64,000 nucleotides of DNA from Myxococcota bacterium (GTDB lineage Bacteria; Myxococcota_A; UBA9042; PHBI01; JAWLBL01), in NCBI GenBank assembly GCA_041687695.1, contig JAWLBL010000009.1, forward strand, positions 139,634-203,633, in the 5' to 3' direction. A model generated the notes under the pieces. That model did no database searches. It saw only the letters and a program-made list of their open reading frames with translations, and was not told the origin of the DNA. This document shows, piece by piece, positions 9,154-18,489 of the stretch; position 1 is the stretch's first letter, and each line of letters begins with the position of its first letter. The position numbers were made by a program, and so were the translations under genes.

Positions 9154-9747
9154 TCACCTGGCCCTGTACGCCTTCACCGCCACCGCCGCCGCCTCCGTCG
9201 AGACGGCGTAGGTGTCCCGCACGGTCGCCGCGGTGAGCCTGCCCTCGGCCTCGAGTACGAAGAGGCCCTCTGGCGGGACGAGCAGGAACCGGGCGAACGT
9301 GTTGGCCTGCCACTCGCTTGAGGTCGCGTAGTCCCGCGGCGAGATGCGCTCCTCGATGGCGTGGGCCAGCTGGCCGTGCTCGAGCAGCTCGGCGCCGTGG
9401 AGGACGACGTGCGCCAACTCGTGGCAGGCCGAAAAGCGGGCGCGGCCCTCGTCGGCCTGAAGGCGTGACCAGGTGTCGGGGCCGAATAGGATGACAGCCG
9501 TGTCGCCGCGCATGTAGGTCGTCGCCCACACGTCCGAGGGCACGCACTGGCTCCCGCGCGCCCGGACGGGGAGGGGCCGGCCGCCGACGTCGACGGCGAT
9601 CTCGCGCGCGAGGACCTCGCGGGCCGGGAAGGCCTCCCAGGGTGCGATCCCTGGTGCCAAGTCGGCACGCACCCGGCTGGCCAGCTGCGCGAGCCCTGCC
9701 CGGCTCCAGGCCCGGGACGCCCGCACTCCGCTGATTGCTCCCGACAT
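9154..9747 (-). CDS. ImmA/IrrE-family metallo-endopeptidase
   Basis: RARFSACHELAHVVLH and EWQANTFARFLLVP; directly downstream of the repressor. Confidence 0.88.
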   Translation of the reverse strand: MSGAISGVRASRAWSRAGLAQLASRVRADLAPGIAPWEAFPAREVLAREIAVDVGGRPLPVRARGSQCVPSDVWATTYMRGDTAVILFGPDTWSRLQADEGRARFSACHELAHVVLHGAELLEHGQLAHAIEERISPRDYATSSEWQANTFARFLLVPPEGLFVLEAEGRLTAATVRDTYAVSTEAAAVAVKAYRAR

Positions 9748-9842
9748 CGGCCGCTCCCCGTCGAACGTGAACAGGTGAGCAGTACCCCGGCGGTCGGTCG
9801 AGGATCAACGCTTCAAGTTGAGACGCGCAGAGACGCGCGAGA

Positions 9843-10559
9843 TCACCCGGGTTCCATCACGTCGGGTTCCGTCAGCTTGTCGATGCGGCGACGCAACTCG
9901 ACGGCCTTGGCGATCACCTCCCACTGCTCGTCTCCGATCTGCATGAACTCGCCGCCCTTCTTGAAAGGGGTGGCGTACGGTCCCCGGCGGTAGGGATGGA
10001 AGTGGGCCAGCCGCATCTCAAAGGTGGGTTCATGCCGGGCGACTACCACGAGCTGGTCGTCGAGCATGACCTCTAAGTCGTCGGGACGGAAGATGATGAT
10101 GTCCGCAGGCTTGAAGTCGGTTCCACTGGCAGCCTTCTCGTCGAGTTCCACCGCGAACCATCGCGATGTCGCATCAGGGTGAGTCAGGGCGGCGTGCTCG
10201 ACGACCTTCTTGGTCGGCTTCACCGGTCCACGATCCAAGCGGACAGGGAGCGCGGCGTTGAAGGCGCCCATCGTGTTCAGCCCCCCATCTTCAGCGACGT
10301 CGCGCTCGACAGGGACGACGATCGCAGGTTGGTCTGATGACGGTCGGGCCGCAACAGGTGCGCTTGAGCCGAGCTCCCACCATTCGACTCCCAGGTGAGG
10401 GGCTACGGCTTCGAGGAACCGCAAGGTGGCGTCCATCTTCCCCCGCTCGACCTTGTTGACGTAGCTCGGGGCGATGCCCGCGCGCCGCGCCAACTCGGCC
10501 TGGGACAACTTCAGCCCCTCCCGAAGATCTGCGATGCGTTGGCCGATCGAGTTCTCCAT
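9843..10559 (-). CDS. CI-like XRE repressor with degenerate S24-like C-terminal domain
   Basis: IGQRIADLREGLKLSQAELARRAGIAPSYVNKVERG HTH; divergent from cro; start could also be 10607. Confidence 0.88.
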   Translation of the reverse strand: MENSIGQRIADLREGLKLSQAELARRAGIAPSYVNKVERGKMDATLRFLEAVAPHLGVEWWELGSSAPVAARPSSDQPAIVVPVERDVAEDGGLNTMGAFNAALPVRLDRGPVKPTKKVVEHAALTHPDATSRWFAVELDEKAASGTDFKPADIIIFRPDDLEVMLDDQLVVVARHEPTFEMRLAHFHPYRRGPYATPFKKGGEFMQIGDEQWEVIAKAVELRRRIDKLTEPDVMEPG

Positions 10560-10598
10560 GGGCGCAGGCTTCGCAGAAGCATCATCGCACGGCAACGA

Positions 10599-10650
10599 TT
10601 GACTCATGCTCACGACAGTCTTGACACCGGCTGTGACCATTGCTCATTCT
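10599..10650 (+). promoter_or_regulatory. PR-like promoter with two operators
   Basis: TTGACA 10621-10626, CATTCT 10645-10650, ATG 7 nt later; operators at 10599-10613 and 10633-10647 resemble those at 6987-7031. Confidence 0.7.
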
Positions 10651-10657
10651 CCGCAGC

Positions 10658-10933
10658 ATGGGAAACACGACGAAGACCCTCCTCGAGATCATCGAGGAGC
10701 GGGGACGAAAGCGCGTGGCGTCCGATCTCGGCGTCGACGAGAGCTACATCTCGCACCTCCGGCATGGTCGAAAGCCGATCACGGCGGCGCTCCTGGCCAA
10801 GGCTGAGGCCGCTTATGGTCAGGAATTGGACCTCCGGGAGACCCTCCGCCAGATGCGGGTCGAGGACTACGAGAAGGGTCTCCGTCTCAAGCCGGGGAGC
10901 CCCGGGGAGGTGTGCGATGCCGCCCAACCGTAG
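10658..10933 (+). CDS. Cro-like HTH regulator
   Basis: RKRVASDLGVDESYISHLRHGRKPI; divergent from the repressor. Confidence 0.8.
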   Translation: MGNTTKTLLEIIEERGRKRVASDLGVDESYISHLRHGRKPITAALLAKAEAAYGQELDLRETLRQMRVEDYEKGLRLKPGSPGEVCDAAQP

Positions 10934-11465
10934 CGCCTCGGCTGGCCGCGGCCGTAACAGGGGGCCGGATCCGACGCTGTCAGTGAAGCCGCGCTTCGTC
11001 GAAGCGGTGCTGCGGCGCCTGGTCGACGGGGCCACTGGCATCACCCACGACAGCCTCGAGGCGGCCCTCGGCCTCACACCCGGCTGCGGCCAGGTCTCGC
11101 GCATGCTCCGGCCGGCGAACAGCGTCACCGGCCGCGAGTACCGCGTCGCCGCCAGCGACCTGGTCGTGTGGTGCACCGAGCTGGACACCATCGAGCCGCT
11201 CGACGCCATCGCCCAGCGCGTGGGCGCCCGGGTCATCCGAGACGACATCGAGCCGGCGGCGAACGTGGCCGAGGGCGTCATGACCTCCATGACCGAGGTC
11301 GCCGACGTCGTCCGCGAGTTCCAGGCCTCGATGGTCGACGAGCGGCTCGACGCGGCCGAGCGGCGCCGGCTCATCGCCGAGGCCGACGAGGCCATCGAGG
11401 CCCTCACCGCCCTGCGCGCTGCGCTCGTCGCCGAGACGACCCCGGCGAGGGGGCGCGGCCGATGA
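10917..11465 (+). CDS. Phage regulatory CII-family-like protein
   Basis: Position after cro; EPLDAIAQRVG and EVADVVREFQASMVDERLDAAERRRL patterns. Confidence 0.65.
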   Translation: MPPNRSASAGRGRNRGPDPTLSVKPRFVEAVLRRLVDGATGITHDSLEAALGLTPGCGQVSRMLRPANSVTGREYRVAASDLVVWCTELDTIEPLDAIAQRVGARVIRDDIEPAANVAEGVMTSMTEVADVVREFQASMVDERLDAAERRRLIAEADEAIEALTALRAALVAETTPARGRGR

Positions 11466-11668
11466 CCCTCGAGCAGCTCGTCGAGCGATCCGGCATCATC
11501 GGCCGGTCCGGAAGGCCGGTGTCTGCGCGCTGCCTCATCATGGCGGGGAAGGTCCGCCTGGCCGGTCGCGTGTCGACCGATCCGGAGCAGCTGGTCGAAC
11601 CCGGCGTAGCATGCCTCCAGCTCGACTGGACCTTCACGATGGTGCTGAACGTCCCGGGGGACGCATGA
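11462..11668 (+). CDS. Small S4-like RNA-binding domain protein
   Basis: SARCLIMAGKVRLAGRVSTDP resembles the S4 core; ATGA overlaps on both sides. Confidence 0.5.
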   Translation: MTLEQLVERSGIIGRSGRPVSARCLIMAGKVRLAGRVSTDPEQLVEPGVACLQLDWTFTMVLNVPGDA

Positions 11669-14454
11669 GCTTGCTCGAGGCGGCCCTCGCCTACGCCAAG
11701 AAGGGCTGGCGCGTGTTCCCGGTGACGGAGCGCGAGAAGACGCCACACCGATGCCTCGGGAAGGCTGGCTGGACCGTCGCGACGACGAACGAGGCGCAGA
11801 TCGCCACCTGGTGGACGAAGCACCCCGACGCGAACGTCGGCCTCGTCACCGGCGGCAAGCTGGGCGTCGTCCTCGACATCGACCGACGCGAGGCCCTCGG
11901 CGAGCTGGGGCAGTTGCCCCGGACGCGCGCGGCGCGGACCGGCAGCGGCGGCCTGCACCTGTTCTACCGCCTCAAGCCCGGCGTCCAGGTCGGCAACGCC
12001 CGCGGCGCCCTGCCCAAGGGCATCGACGTGCGCGGCGAGGGGTCGGGCTACATCGTGGCGCCGCCGTCCATCCATCCCTCGGGCGGGCGATACGAGTGGG
12101 CGGTCGAGGTCGACGAGCCGGCCTTCCTCCCCGAGCGCATCCTGCAGCTCATCCGGAGCGAGGAGCCCGCCCAGGCGGCGATGCCGCTCGACGGGCCCAG
12201 CCGGGCGCCCGAGCCGACGGCGCTCGAGCGCGCGCGCAAGTGGCTCGCTACACGCGACCCGGCCATTGCAGGTCAGGGCGGCCACAACGTCACGTTGCGC
12301 ACCGCCGTCGGCCTAGTCCGCGGCTTCATGCTCGACGAGGGCGTCGCCCTCGAGCTGCTGGTCAGCGAGTACAACCCGCGGTGTCAGCCGGCGTGGAGCC
12401 GCAAGGAGCTCGCCCACAAGGTGCGGGAGGCGGCCAAGCGGGGCGACATGGTCCCGGGCGAGCTGCTCCATGCCGAGCGGCGGCCGTCGCCCTCGACACC
12501 GGCGGGCCCGCCCCCGCGGTCCGCGGCGCCCCCGCAGCAGCCCGCGGCGACCTCGGCCGAGCCGCCCAAGAAGGAGTGGAAGAAGTCCGACCTGTTCTCG
12601 GGCTTCGGCACCGACGCCGAGCTCGTGCCCGTCGGCGCCGGCGTGAAGGACGCGCCCGACCCCGAGGCCCTCGTCCCCTACGGCTACTACATCGGCTCCA
12701 AGGAGACCGGCAGCTGGTGGCTGTCGACGAAGCGCCAGGACGAGGACGACCCGCTCAAGCACCGCACGATGATGCACGCGCCCCTGGTCATCGGCGGCCG
12801 CATGGTCGACATCGACACCGGCAGCCAGCTCCTGTCGCTGCACTGGCGGCTGCCGAACGGCTGGCGGCAGCGCGTCGTCCCGCGCTCCGAGACGGCGAAC
12901 GCGAACAAGCTGCTCGGCCTGGCGGACTTCGGCCTCCCGGTCAACACGCACAACAGCAAGGACCTGTCGAAGTACCTCGGCGAGTACGAGGCGCAGAACT
13001 ACCTGCGCATCCCCGAGGCCCAGGTCGCCACGACGATGGGATGGCAGGGAGACCAGGGGAGCAAGGGCTTCCTGTGGGGCACGACCCACTTCGCGCGGGA
13101 CGGGCGGGCCACCGAGTGCGACCTCGAGACGACGTCGCCGAGCCAGTGGACCCGGGACACCGTCAGCTTCCGCAACCTCGCCGAGGGCGACCGGCAGTTC
13201 GTCTCGGCGATGAGGCGCCGCGGGAGCCTGGACGGCTGGCTCGAGGCGGTGGGGCCGCTGCAGTCCCATCCGCGCGCAGCCCTGTGCCTGTACGCGGCCT
13301 TCACCAGCGTGCTGCTCGAGGTCCTCGGCGCCCCGAACTTCATCCTCGACTGGGCCAACAGGACCAGGACAGGCAAGTCGACCGTGCTCCGCGTCGCTGC
13401 CAGCGTCTGGGGCGACCCCGACGACCGCGCGGCGACGTCGTACATGAAGAGCTGGGACTCCTCGCTCGTGAGCATCGAGCGCACCCTGGAGATGCTTCAC
13501 AGCCTGCCGCTGATCCTCGACGACACCGCGCGCGTCACGAGGCCTGAGGGCATCGCGAACGTGCTGTACATGGCCGCCCAGGGCCAGGGCCGAGGCCGAG
13601 GCAACATCCAGCGGACCGAGCGCACCAGGTCGTGGCGCACGGTCGTCCTGTCGAGCGGCGAGCAGCCGGCCGTGAGCTTCAGCCAGCACGGTGGAACGCG
13701 CTCACGTTGCCTCGAGGTCGAGGGGCCGCCCTTCGGGGGCGACGAGGCGCACCACGCGGTCCTGGTCGAGCGCATCACCCAGGGGCTGCTCGAGCACCAC
13801 GGCCACGCGGGCCCGCTCTTCGTGGCGTGGCTCCTCGAGCACCGGAAGGCCTGGCCGCAGATGCGTGCCGACTACCAGGACCTGACCCGGCAGTACGTAG
13901 CCGACGCCGACGGCGGGCCCGCCTCGGCCATCGCATCCATCCGAGCGGCGCTGTCGATGACGCACCGCTGTGTGAACCTGGCGCTCGGCCTCGATTGGCA
14001 GGACCCAGTCGCCATCATCTGGGACGACCTGGCCGCAGACATCGGCGACGCCGCCGGCGAGGAGCGCGCCCTCGAGGACATCGTCTCCTGGCTGTACGCC
14101 AACGAGGCGGCATTCATCGGGCGCCGCGACCGCGGCTCTCAGGATCCGCCTGCAGGTTGGCTGGGCTACTGGCCTCGGGTCGCCGACTGGCAGTACGTGG
14201 CCATCTACCGACGGCCGCTCGACGAGTACCTGCGCAAGTGTGGCTACCAGCCCGAGGCCATCCTCAAGGCCTGGAAGCAGAAGGGATGGCTCATCACCGA
14301 CGGGGACAAGCCGAGCCGCCTCACGAAGGACACCAGGGTGCCGGACAAGGGCAAGAGCCGGATGGTCTGCCTGCCCCGCAGGCTCTTCGACGTCTCCCCC
14401 GAGTCGCCACAGCCACAAAGGCCTGGGGAGACACAGAGAGCGCTGTATGTTTGA
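11665..14454 (+). CDS. Bifunctional primase-polymerase fused to DUF927 helicase-like domain
   Basis: GWRVFPV, VLDID, RTGSGGLHLFY, YIVAPPSIHPSG; TRTGKST P-loop, PLILDD, GRGR, LSSGE. Confidence 0.9.
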   Translation: MSLLEAALAYAKKGWRVFPVTEREKTPHRCLGKAGWTVATTNEAQIATWWTKHPDANVGLVTGGKLGVVLDIDRREALGELGQLPRTRAARTGSGGLHLFYRLKPGVQVGNARGALPKGIDVRGEGSGYIVAPPSIHPSGGRYEWAVEVDEPAFLPERILQLIRSEEPAQAAMPLDGPSRAPEPTALERARKWLATRDPAIAGQGGHNVTLRTAVGLVRGFMLDEGVALELLVSEYNPRCQPAWSRKELAHKVREAAKRGDMVPGELLHAERRPSPSTPAGPPPRSAAPPQQPAATSAEPPKKEWKKSDLFSGFGTDAELVPVGAGVKDAPDPEALVPYGYYIGSKETGSWWLSTKRQDEDDPLKHRTMMHAPLVIGGRMVDIDTGSQLLSLHWRLPNGWRQRVVPRSETANANKLLGLADFGLPVNTHNSKDLSKYLGEYEAQNYLRIPEAQVATTMGWQGDQGSKGFLWGTTHFARDGRATECDLETTSPSQWTRDTVSFRNLAEGDRQFVSAMRRRGSLDGWLEAVGPLQSHPRAALCLYAAFTSVLLEVLGAPNFILDWANRTRTGKSTVLRVAASVWGDPDDRAATSYMKSWDSSLVSIERTLEMLHSLPLILDDTARVTRPEGIANVLYMAAQGQGRGRGNIQRTERTRSWRTVVLSSGEQPAVSFSQHGGTRSRCLEVEGPPFGGDEAHHAVLVERITQGLLEHHGHAGPLFVAWLLEHRKAWPQMRADYQDLTRQYVADADGGPASAIASIRAALSMTHRCVNLALGLDWQDPVAIIWDDLAADIGDAAGEERALEDIVSWLYANEAAFIGRRDRGSQDPPAGWLGYWPRVADWQYVAIYRRPLDEYLRKCGYQPEAILKAWKQKGWLITDGDKPSRLTKDTRVPDKGKSRMVCLPRRLFDVSPESPQPQRPGETQRALYV

Positions 14455-14466
14455 GCACTTACACGC

Positions 14467-14614
14467 ACTGTCTCCACTGTCTCCACTGTCTCCACTCGAC
14501 AGGTGTGCTCGCGCGGGTGCGCGTGTGCGCGGACGCCGTTGGCCCATGGGCGGCCGGCGCGAATCCGCCCCTGTATGTATTTCTAGTGGAGACAGTGGAG
14601 ACAGTGGAGACAGT
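14467..14614. repeat. Inverted iteron arrays, putative replication origin
   Basis: Perfect 30-bp inverted repeat, (ACTGTCTCC)x3+ACT, at 14467-14496 and 14585-14614, just after the primase gene. Confidence 0.75.
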
Positions 14615-14700
14615 CTAGTTATGGGCTCGGAATCTCTGGGTTTTGGGCGTCTCCACGGGTGTCGCCACTCTGTCTCCCCTCATCATCAGGAGCCCGCAAC

Positions 14701-15237
14701 ATGAGCGGCAGCGTCAACAAGGTCATCATCGTCGGCAACCTGGGCGCCGACCCTGAGGTTAGGACCACCCAGGGAGGCCAGAGCGTGGCCAGCCTGAGCA
14801 TCGCCACGAGCGAAAGCTACCAGGACCGCGACGGCAACCGTCAGGAGCGTACGGAGTGGCACCGCGTGGTGCTGTGGGGGCGCCTGGCCGAGCTGGCGCA
14901 GCAGTACCTGTCGAAGGGCCGCAAGGTCTACGTCGAGGGGCGCCTGCAGACCCGGTCCTGGGACGATCCTCAGTCGGGCGAGAAGAAGTACTCGACCGAG
15001 GTCGTTGCCCGCGAACTCGTGTTCCTGGACAGCGCCGGGGGCTCCGGTGAAGGCAGCAGCCCTCGAGGCGCTCAGCAGCGCCAGGGAGGCCAGGGCAGGC
15101 AGGCGGGACAGGGGCGGGCCAATGGGCAGGGCTCTCGTGGCCAGGGACGGCCTCAGCAGCGCCCGTATCAGCCCCTCTCGCAGCCTGCGGACGTCGGCGA
15201 CGATGAGGGCCTCGGCGACGACGACATCCCGTTCTGA
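14701..15237 (+). CDS. ssb: Single-stranded DNA-binding protein
   Basis: [42 protein letters not shown]. Confidence 0.97.
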   Translation: MSGSVNKVIIVGNLGADPEVRTTQGGQSVASLSIATSESYQDRDGNRQERTEWHRVVLWGRLAELAQQYLSKGRKVYVEGRLQTRSWDDPQSGEKKYSTEVVARELVFLDSAGGSGEGSSPRGAQQRQGGQGRQAGQGRANGQGSRGQGRPQQRPYQPLSQPADVGDDEGLGDDDIPF

Positions 15238-15252
15238 GGCAGGAGAGGTCAC

Positions 15253-15594
15253 GTGGCATCGAGGGCGCAGACCAGGAGGGCAGTCGAACACGCGGACAGC
15301 GTGGCGGCCGGCTCTCGCCCTCAGACCAGGGCGGACTGCCAGGATGGGCCTCGGCCCTGCCCGTGGACTACCTGCCGCTTCCATCTGGGGCGCAACGCGC
15401 CAGCGCCGACGGACTCCGATGTGCCCGAGACGTGCGCCTTGGACGTGGCGGAGCGTGGCCCGCTCCGGACCGTCGAGATCGCCGAGCTGCTCGGGATGAA
15501 GAAGACCACCGCCTTCGCCGCCCTGGCATCCGCGCTGCGCAAGCTGCGGGCCGCCATGGACGACGACGGCTGCGACGACGAGGATTCGCGATGA
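15253..15594 (+). CDS. Cys-rich DNA-binding protein with sigma region 4-like HTH (candidate late activator)
   Basis: RPQTRADC..RPCPWTTCRFHL..ETCALDVAERG..EIAELLG; lies between replication and packaging genes. Confidence 0.65.
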   Translation: MASRAQTRRAVEHADSVAAGSRPQTRADCQDGPRPCPWTTCRFHLGRNAPAPTDSDVPETCALDVAERGPLRTVEIAELLGMKKTTAFAALASALRKLRAAMDDDGCDDEDSR

Positions 15595-15628
15595 TGCAAG
15601 GGCTGTGCCAGCAGGAGCGCCCCTTCCT

Positions 15629-15726
15629 GGGTCCTTCCCCCCCGGGGGGGCCTCGAGCGGGTACCGCGAGACCGCTCGCTGTCACTGGTCACAGGGCCGC
15701 GGGAAAGGTTGTAGGGGTTGTAGGGT
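15629..15726 (+). promoter_or_regulatory. Putative cos packaging site
   Basis: GGGTCCT (identical to lambda cosQ) at 15629-15635, a GC-rich dyad, then GGTTGTAGGG repeats upstream of terS. Confidence 0.55.
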
Positions 15727-15744
15727 GAGGTCGGGGAGGCCGTA

Positions 15745-16290
15745 GTGCCGGGTGGCAAACAGCTTGGCATTTCCCGCGCCGAGTACGCGCGACGCTGCGA
15801 GGTCAGCCGCGAGACCGTGCGGAAGTGGGAGCGCTCGGGCTACCTGGTCGTCAACCACGACGGAAGCATCAACCCGGACGCCAGCGACGAGCGGCGCGCC
15901 CGCATGGTGCGGCCGAAGTCCGACCGGCCAGGTCCACGGGCAGCCGCGGGCCCGCGCTCCCGGGCGGAGACGTCGGCCGACGACGCCGGAGACGTCCCGG
16001 ACATCAACGCATCCCGGGCGCGGCTCTTCGCCGCGGAGGCGGCGCTGAAGGAGTTGAAGCTCGAGCAGGAGCGCAAGCGCCTCGGCGACCTGGAGCAGAT
16101 CCGGCGGCATCTGTTCGACCTCGCGGCGATGATCCGCGAGGGCGTGATGAGCATCCCGGCCCGACACGCGGCCGCGCTGTGCGCTGTCGAGACGGAGCAC
16201 GAGATGCGTCGCCGCCTCGAGCTGGCGTGCGCCGAGGCCCTGCGCGACCTGGATGCGCGGGTCCAGGCGTTCGCGACGGCGGAGGCGTGA
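15745..16290 (+). CDS. Terminase small subunit (Nu1-like)
   Basis: N-terminal HTH ISRAEYARRCEVSRETVRKW and coiled coil; overlaps terL. Confidence 0.8.
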   Translation: MPGGKQLGISRAEYARRCEVSRETVRKWERSGYLVVNHDGSINPDASDERRARMVRPKSDRPGPRAAAGPRSRAETSADDAGDVPDINASRARLFAAEAALKELKLEQERKRLGDLEQIRRHLFDLAAMIREGVMSIPARHAAALCAVETEHEMRRRLELACAEALRDLDARVQAFATAEA

Positions 16291-18254
16291 CCTTGGTCCG
16301 GGAGCGCATGGTCTTCCTGTCGCTCGCGGCCGGCCTGCGGCCTCGGGACGACCTTACGGTCAGCGAGTGGGCTGACCGGCATCGGGTGCTGACATCGACC
16401 GAGTCGGCCGAACGCGGCCTGTGGCGGACGAGCAGGACGCCGTATCTGCGAGAGATCATGGACGCGTTGTCACCGCAGGACCCCTGCGAGCGCGTCGTGG
16501 TTCAGGCCGGCACCCAGGTGGGCAAGACCGAGATCGGCCTGAACTGGATCGGCTACACCGTCGCCCACGACCCCGCCCCCATGATCATCATGCAGCCGAC
16601 CGAGCACATGGCGGAGCGGTTCAGCAAGCAGAGGCTGAAGAAGCTCATCGAGGCCTCGCCCGAGGTCTCGGAGCGCATCCCCTCAGCACGCAAGCGGGAC
16701 TCGGGCAACACCATCTTGCTCAAGGAGTTCCCCGGCGGCGTGCTGATCCTGGCCGGCGCCAACAGCGCGGCCGGCGTGCGCTCGATGCCCGCCAAGCGTG
16801 TGTTCGCCGACGAGGTCTCGGTCTACCCGTACGACGTGGACGGCGAGGGCGACGTCGTCGACTTGGCCGCCCGCCGAGCCGGCACGTTCCCTGACCGCAA
16901 GATATACGAGTGCTCGACGCCCACGATCCATGACGAGTGCCGCATCGAGCGGTCGTACCTCGAGGGCGACCAGCGGCAGTACTGGGTGCCCTGCCCCCAC
17001 TGCGGCGAGTTCCAGGTCCTGGTCTTCAAGGGGCTGGTGTGGCCGACGGGGCGTCCGGACCAGGCCGGCTATGTCTGCTGCAAATGCGGGGTCCTGCTCC
17101 AGAACCACGAGAAGGAGCTGATGCTGCCTGCGGGCCAGTGGCGGCCCACCCTGGACGACGATGGGAGGCCGGTCGGAGACGGCAAGACGAAGTCCTACCA
17201 CCTGCCCTCGTTCTACTCGCCTCACGGGCTGGGCTACACCTGGGCTGACATCGCCCGGATCTGGACCAAGACGCACGAGGACCCGGTCACGCGGAAGACC
17301 ACGGTCAACACCCTCTTCGCCGAGACCTGGAAGGATACGAGCGGGGACAAGCCCGAGGGCGGCCCGCTGTTCGCCCGGCGCGAAGACTACGGCCGGCCTG
17401 CCGGTCCGGACGGGCTCCCGCTCGTCCCGGCCGAGGTCGCCCTGCTCACCGCGGCGGTGGACATGCAGCACGACCGCCTCGAGCTGCTCGTCGTGGGCTG
17501 GGGCGCCGGCCGCGAGTCGTGGCACGTGCACCACCAGGTCATCGAGATCGACCCGACCAACCCGCAGGCCTGGACCGAGCTCAGCGCCGCCATCGAAGCC
17601 CAGTACCCCCACGAGACGTTGGGCGCCATCCGCATCCGCGCGGTGTGCCTCGACACGTCGGCCTACACGGACGAGGCCTACAAGTACGTGACCAGCCGAC
17701 TGGGCAAGCGTCCGGTGGTCTGGGCCATCAAGGGCCAGTCGGACGTCGAGAAGCGTCTGCCCATCTGGCCAGCCCCTGGCAGCAAGCGGACCAGGTCGAG
17801 GGCGAAGCTCAAGGGCGCGCAGCTCGTCCGCGTCGGCGTCGACACGGCGAAAGAGGCCATCTACGCCCGGCTCAAGATGGTCCGTGCCGAGGACCACCCG
17901 CGCGGCCTGCCGATGCCGGGCTACATGCACTTCTCGCTGGCCTGCAGCGAGGAGTACTTCGACCAGCTCACGGCCGAGGTCCAGAAGGTCAAGCTCTCGC
18001 GCGGCTACCGGCTGCGCTACTGGGAGCTGCCGTCGGGTGCAGCCAACGAGATACTCGACCTGTGGGGCTACAACCTCGCTGCCCTGGACGGGTTGACCAT
18101 CAGCGCCGGCTACAAGCTGGACCGCGAGGCGCGGAAGCTGCCGCCGATCCCCCAGGGCCCGCCATCGGCCGCGCCGGCGCCCGTAGCGGCTCCGTCGCCG
18201 GCGAAGGCGAAGAAGCGGCGGCCACGGAAGCGCGAGCAGACTTACGAGTGGTGA
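16287..18254 (+). CDS. Terminase large subunit, lambda GpA family
   Basis: TVSEWAD, RTPYLREIMD, QVGKTE, ADEV, STPT, VPCPHCG, AAVDMQHDRLE, NEILD. Confidence 0.95.
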   Translation: MTLVRERMVFLSLAAGLRPRDDLTVSEWADRHRVLTSTESAERGLWRTSRTPYLREIMDALSPQDPCERVVVQAGTQVGKTEIGLNWIGYTVAHDPAPMIIMQPTEHMAERFSKQRLKKLIEASPEVSERIPSARKRDSGNTILLKEFPGGVLILAGANSAAGVRSMPAKRVFADEVSVYPYDVDGEGDVVDLAARRAGTFPDRKIYECSTPTIHDECRIERSYLEGDQRQYWVPCPHCGEFQVLVFKGLVWPTGRPDQAGYVCCKCGVLLQNHEKELMLPAGQWRPTLDDDGRPVGDGKTKSYHLPSFYSPHGLGYTWADIARIWTKTHEDPVTRKTTVNTLFAETWKDTSGDKPEGGPLFARREDYGRPAGPDGLPLVPAEVALLTAAVDMQHDRLELLVVGWGAGRESWHVHHQVIEIDPTNPQAWTELSAAIEAQYPHETLGAIRIRAVCLDTSAYTDEAYKYVTSRLGKRPVVWAIKGQSDVEKRLPIWPAPGSKRTRSRAKLKGAQLVRVGVDTAKEAIYARLKMVRAEDHPRGLPMPGYMHFSLACSEEYFDQLTAEVQKVKLSRGYRLRYWELPSGAANEILDLWGYNLAALDGLTISAGYKLDREARKLPPIPQGPPSAAPAPVAAPSPAKAKKRRPRKREQTYEW

Positions 18255-18291
18255 CCCGGAGCGTTTGGCGGAGCTGGGCGATGATGGCCGC
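18253..18291 (+). promoter_or_regulatory. Putative late promoter, copy 1
   Basis: GACCCGGAG-N18-GATGAT-N6-ATG (gpW). Confidence 0.6.
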
Positions 18292-18489
18292 ATGGCGACC
18301 TGGACCGACGAACAGATCCAGAACCTGCGCGAGGCCATCGCGGCCGGAGTCCTCTCAGTGCGGCACGGTGACAAGATGCTCACCTACCAGAGCCTGCCTG
18401 AGATGAGGAAGGCGCTCGCCGCGATGGAGGGCCAGCGGGGGCGCCGGCGGCGCCGGTACGCGCTGGTCCAGTTCAGCCGGGGGGAGTGA
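18292..18489 (+). CDS. gpW-like head-tail joining protein
   Basis: LREAIAAGVLSVRHGDKMLTYQSLPEM; lies between terL and portal. Confidence 0.88.
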   Translation: MATWTDEQIQNLREAIAAGVLSVRHGDKMLTYQSLPEMRKALAAMEGQRGRRRRRYALVQFSRGE

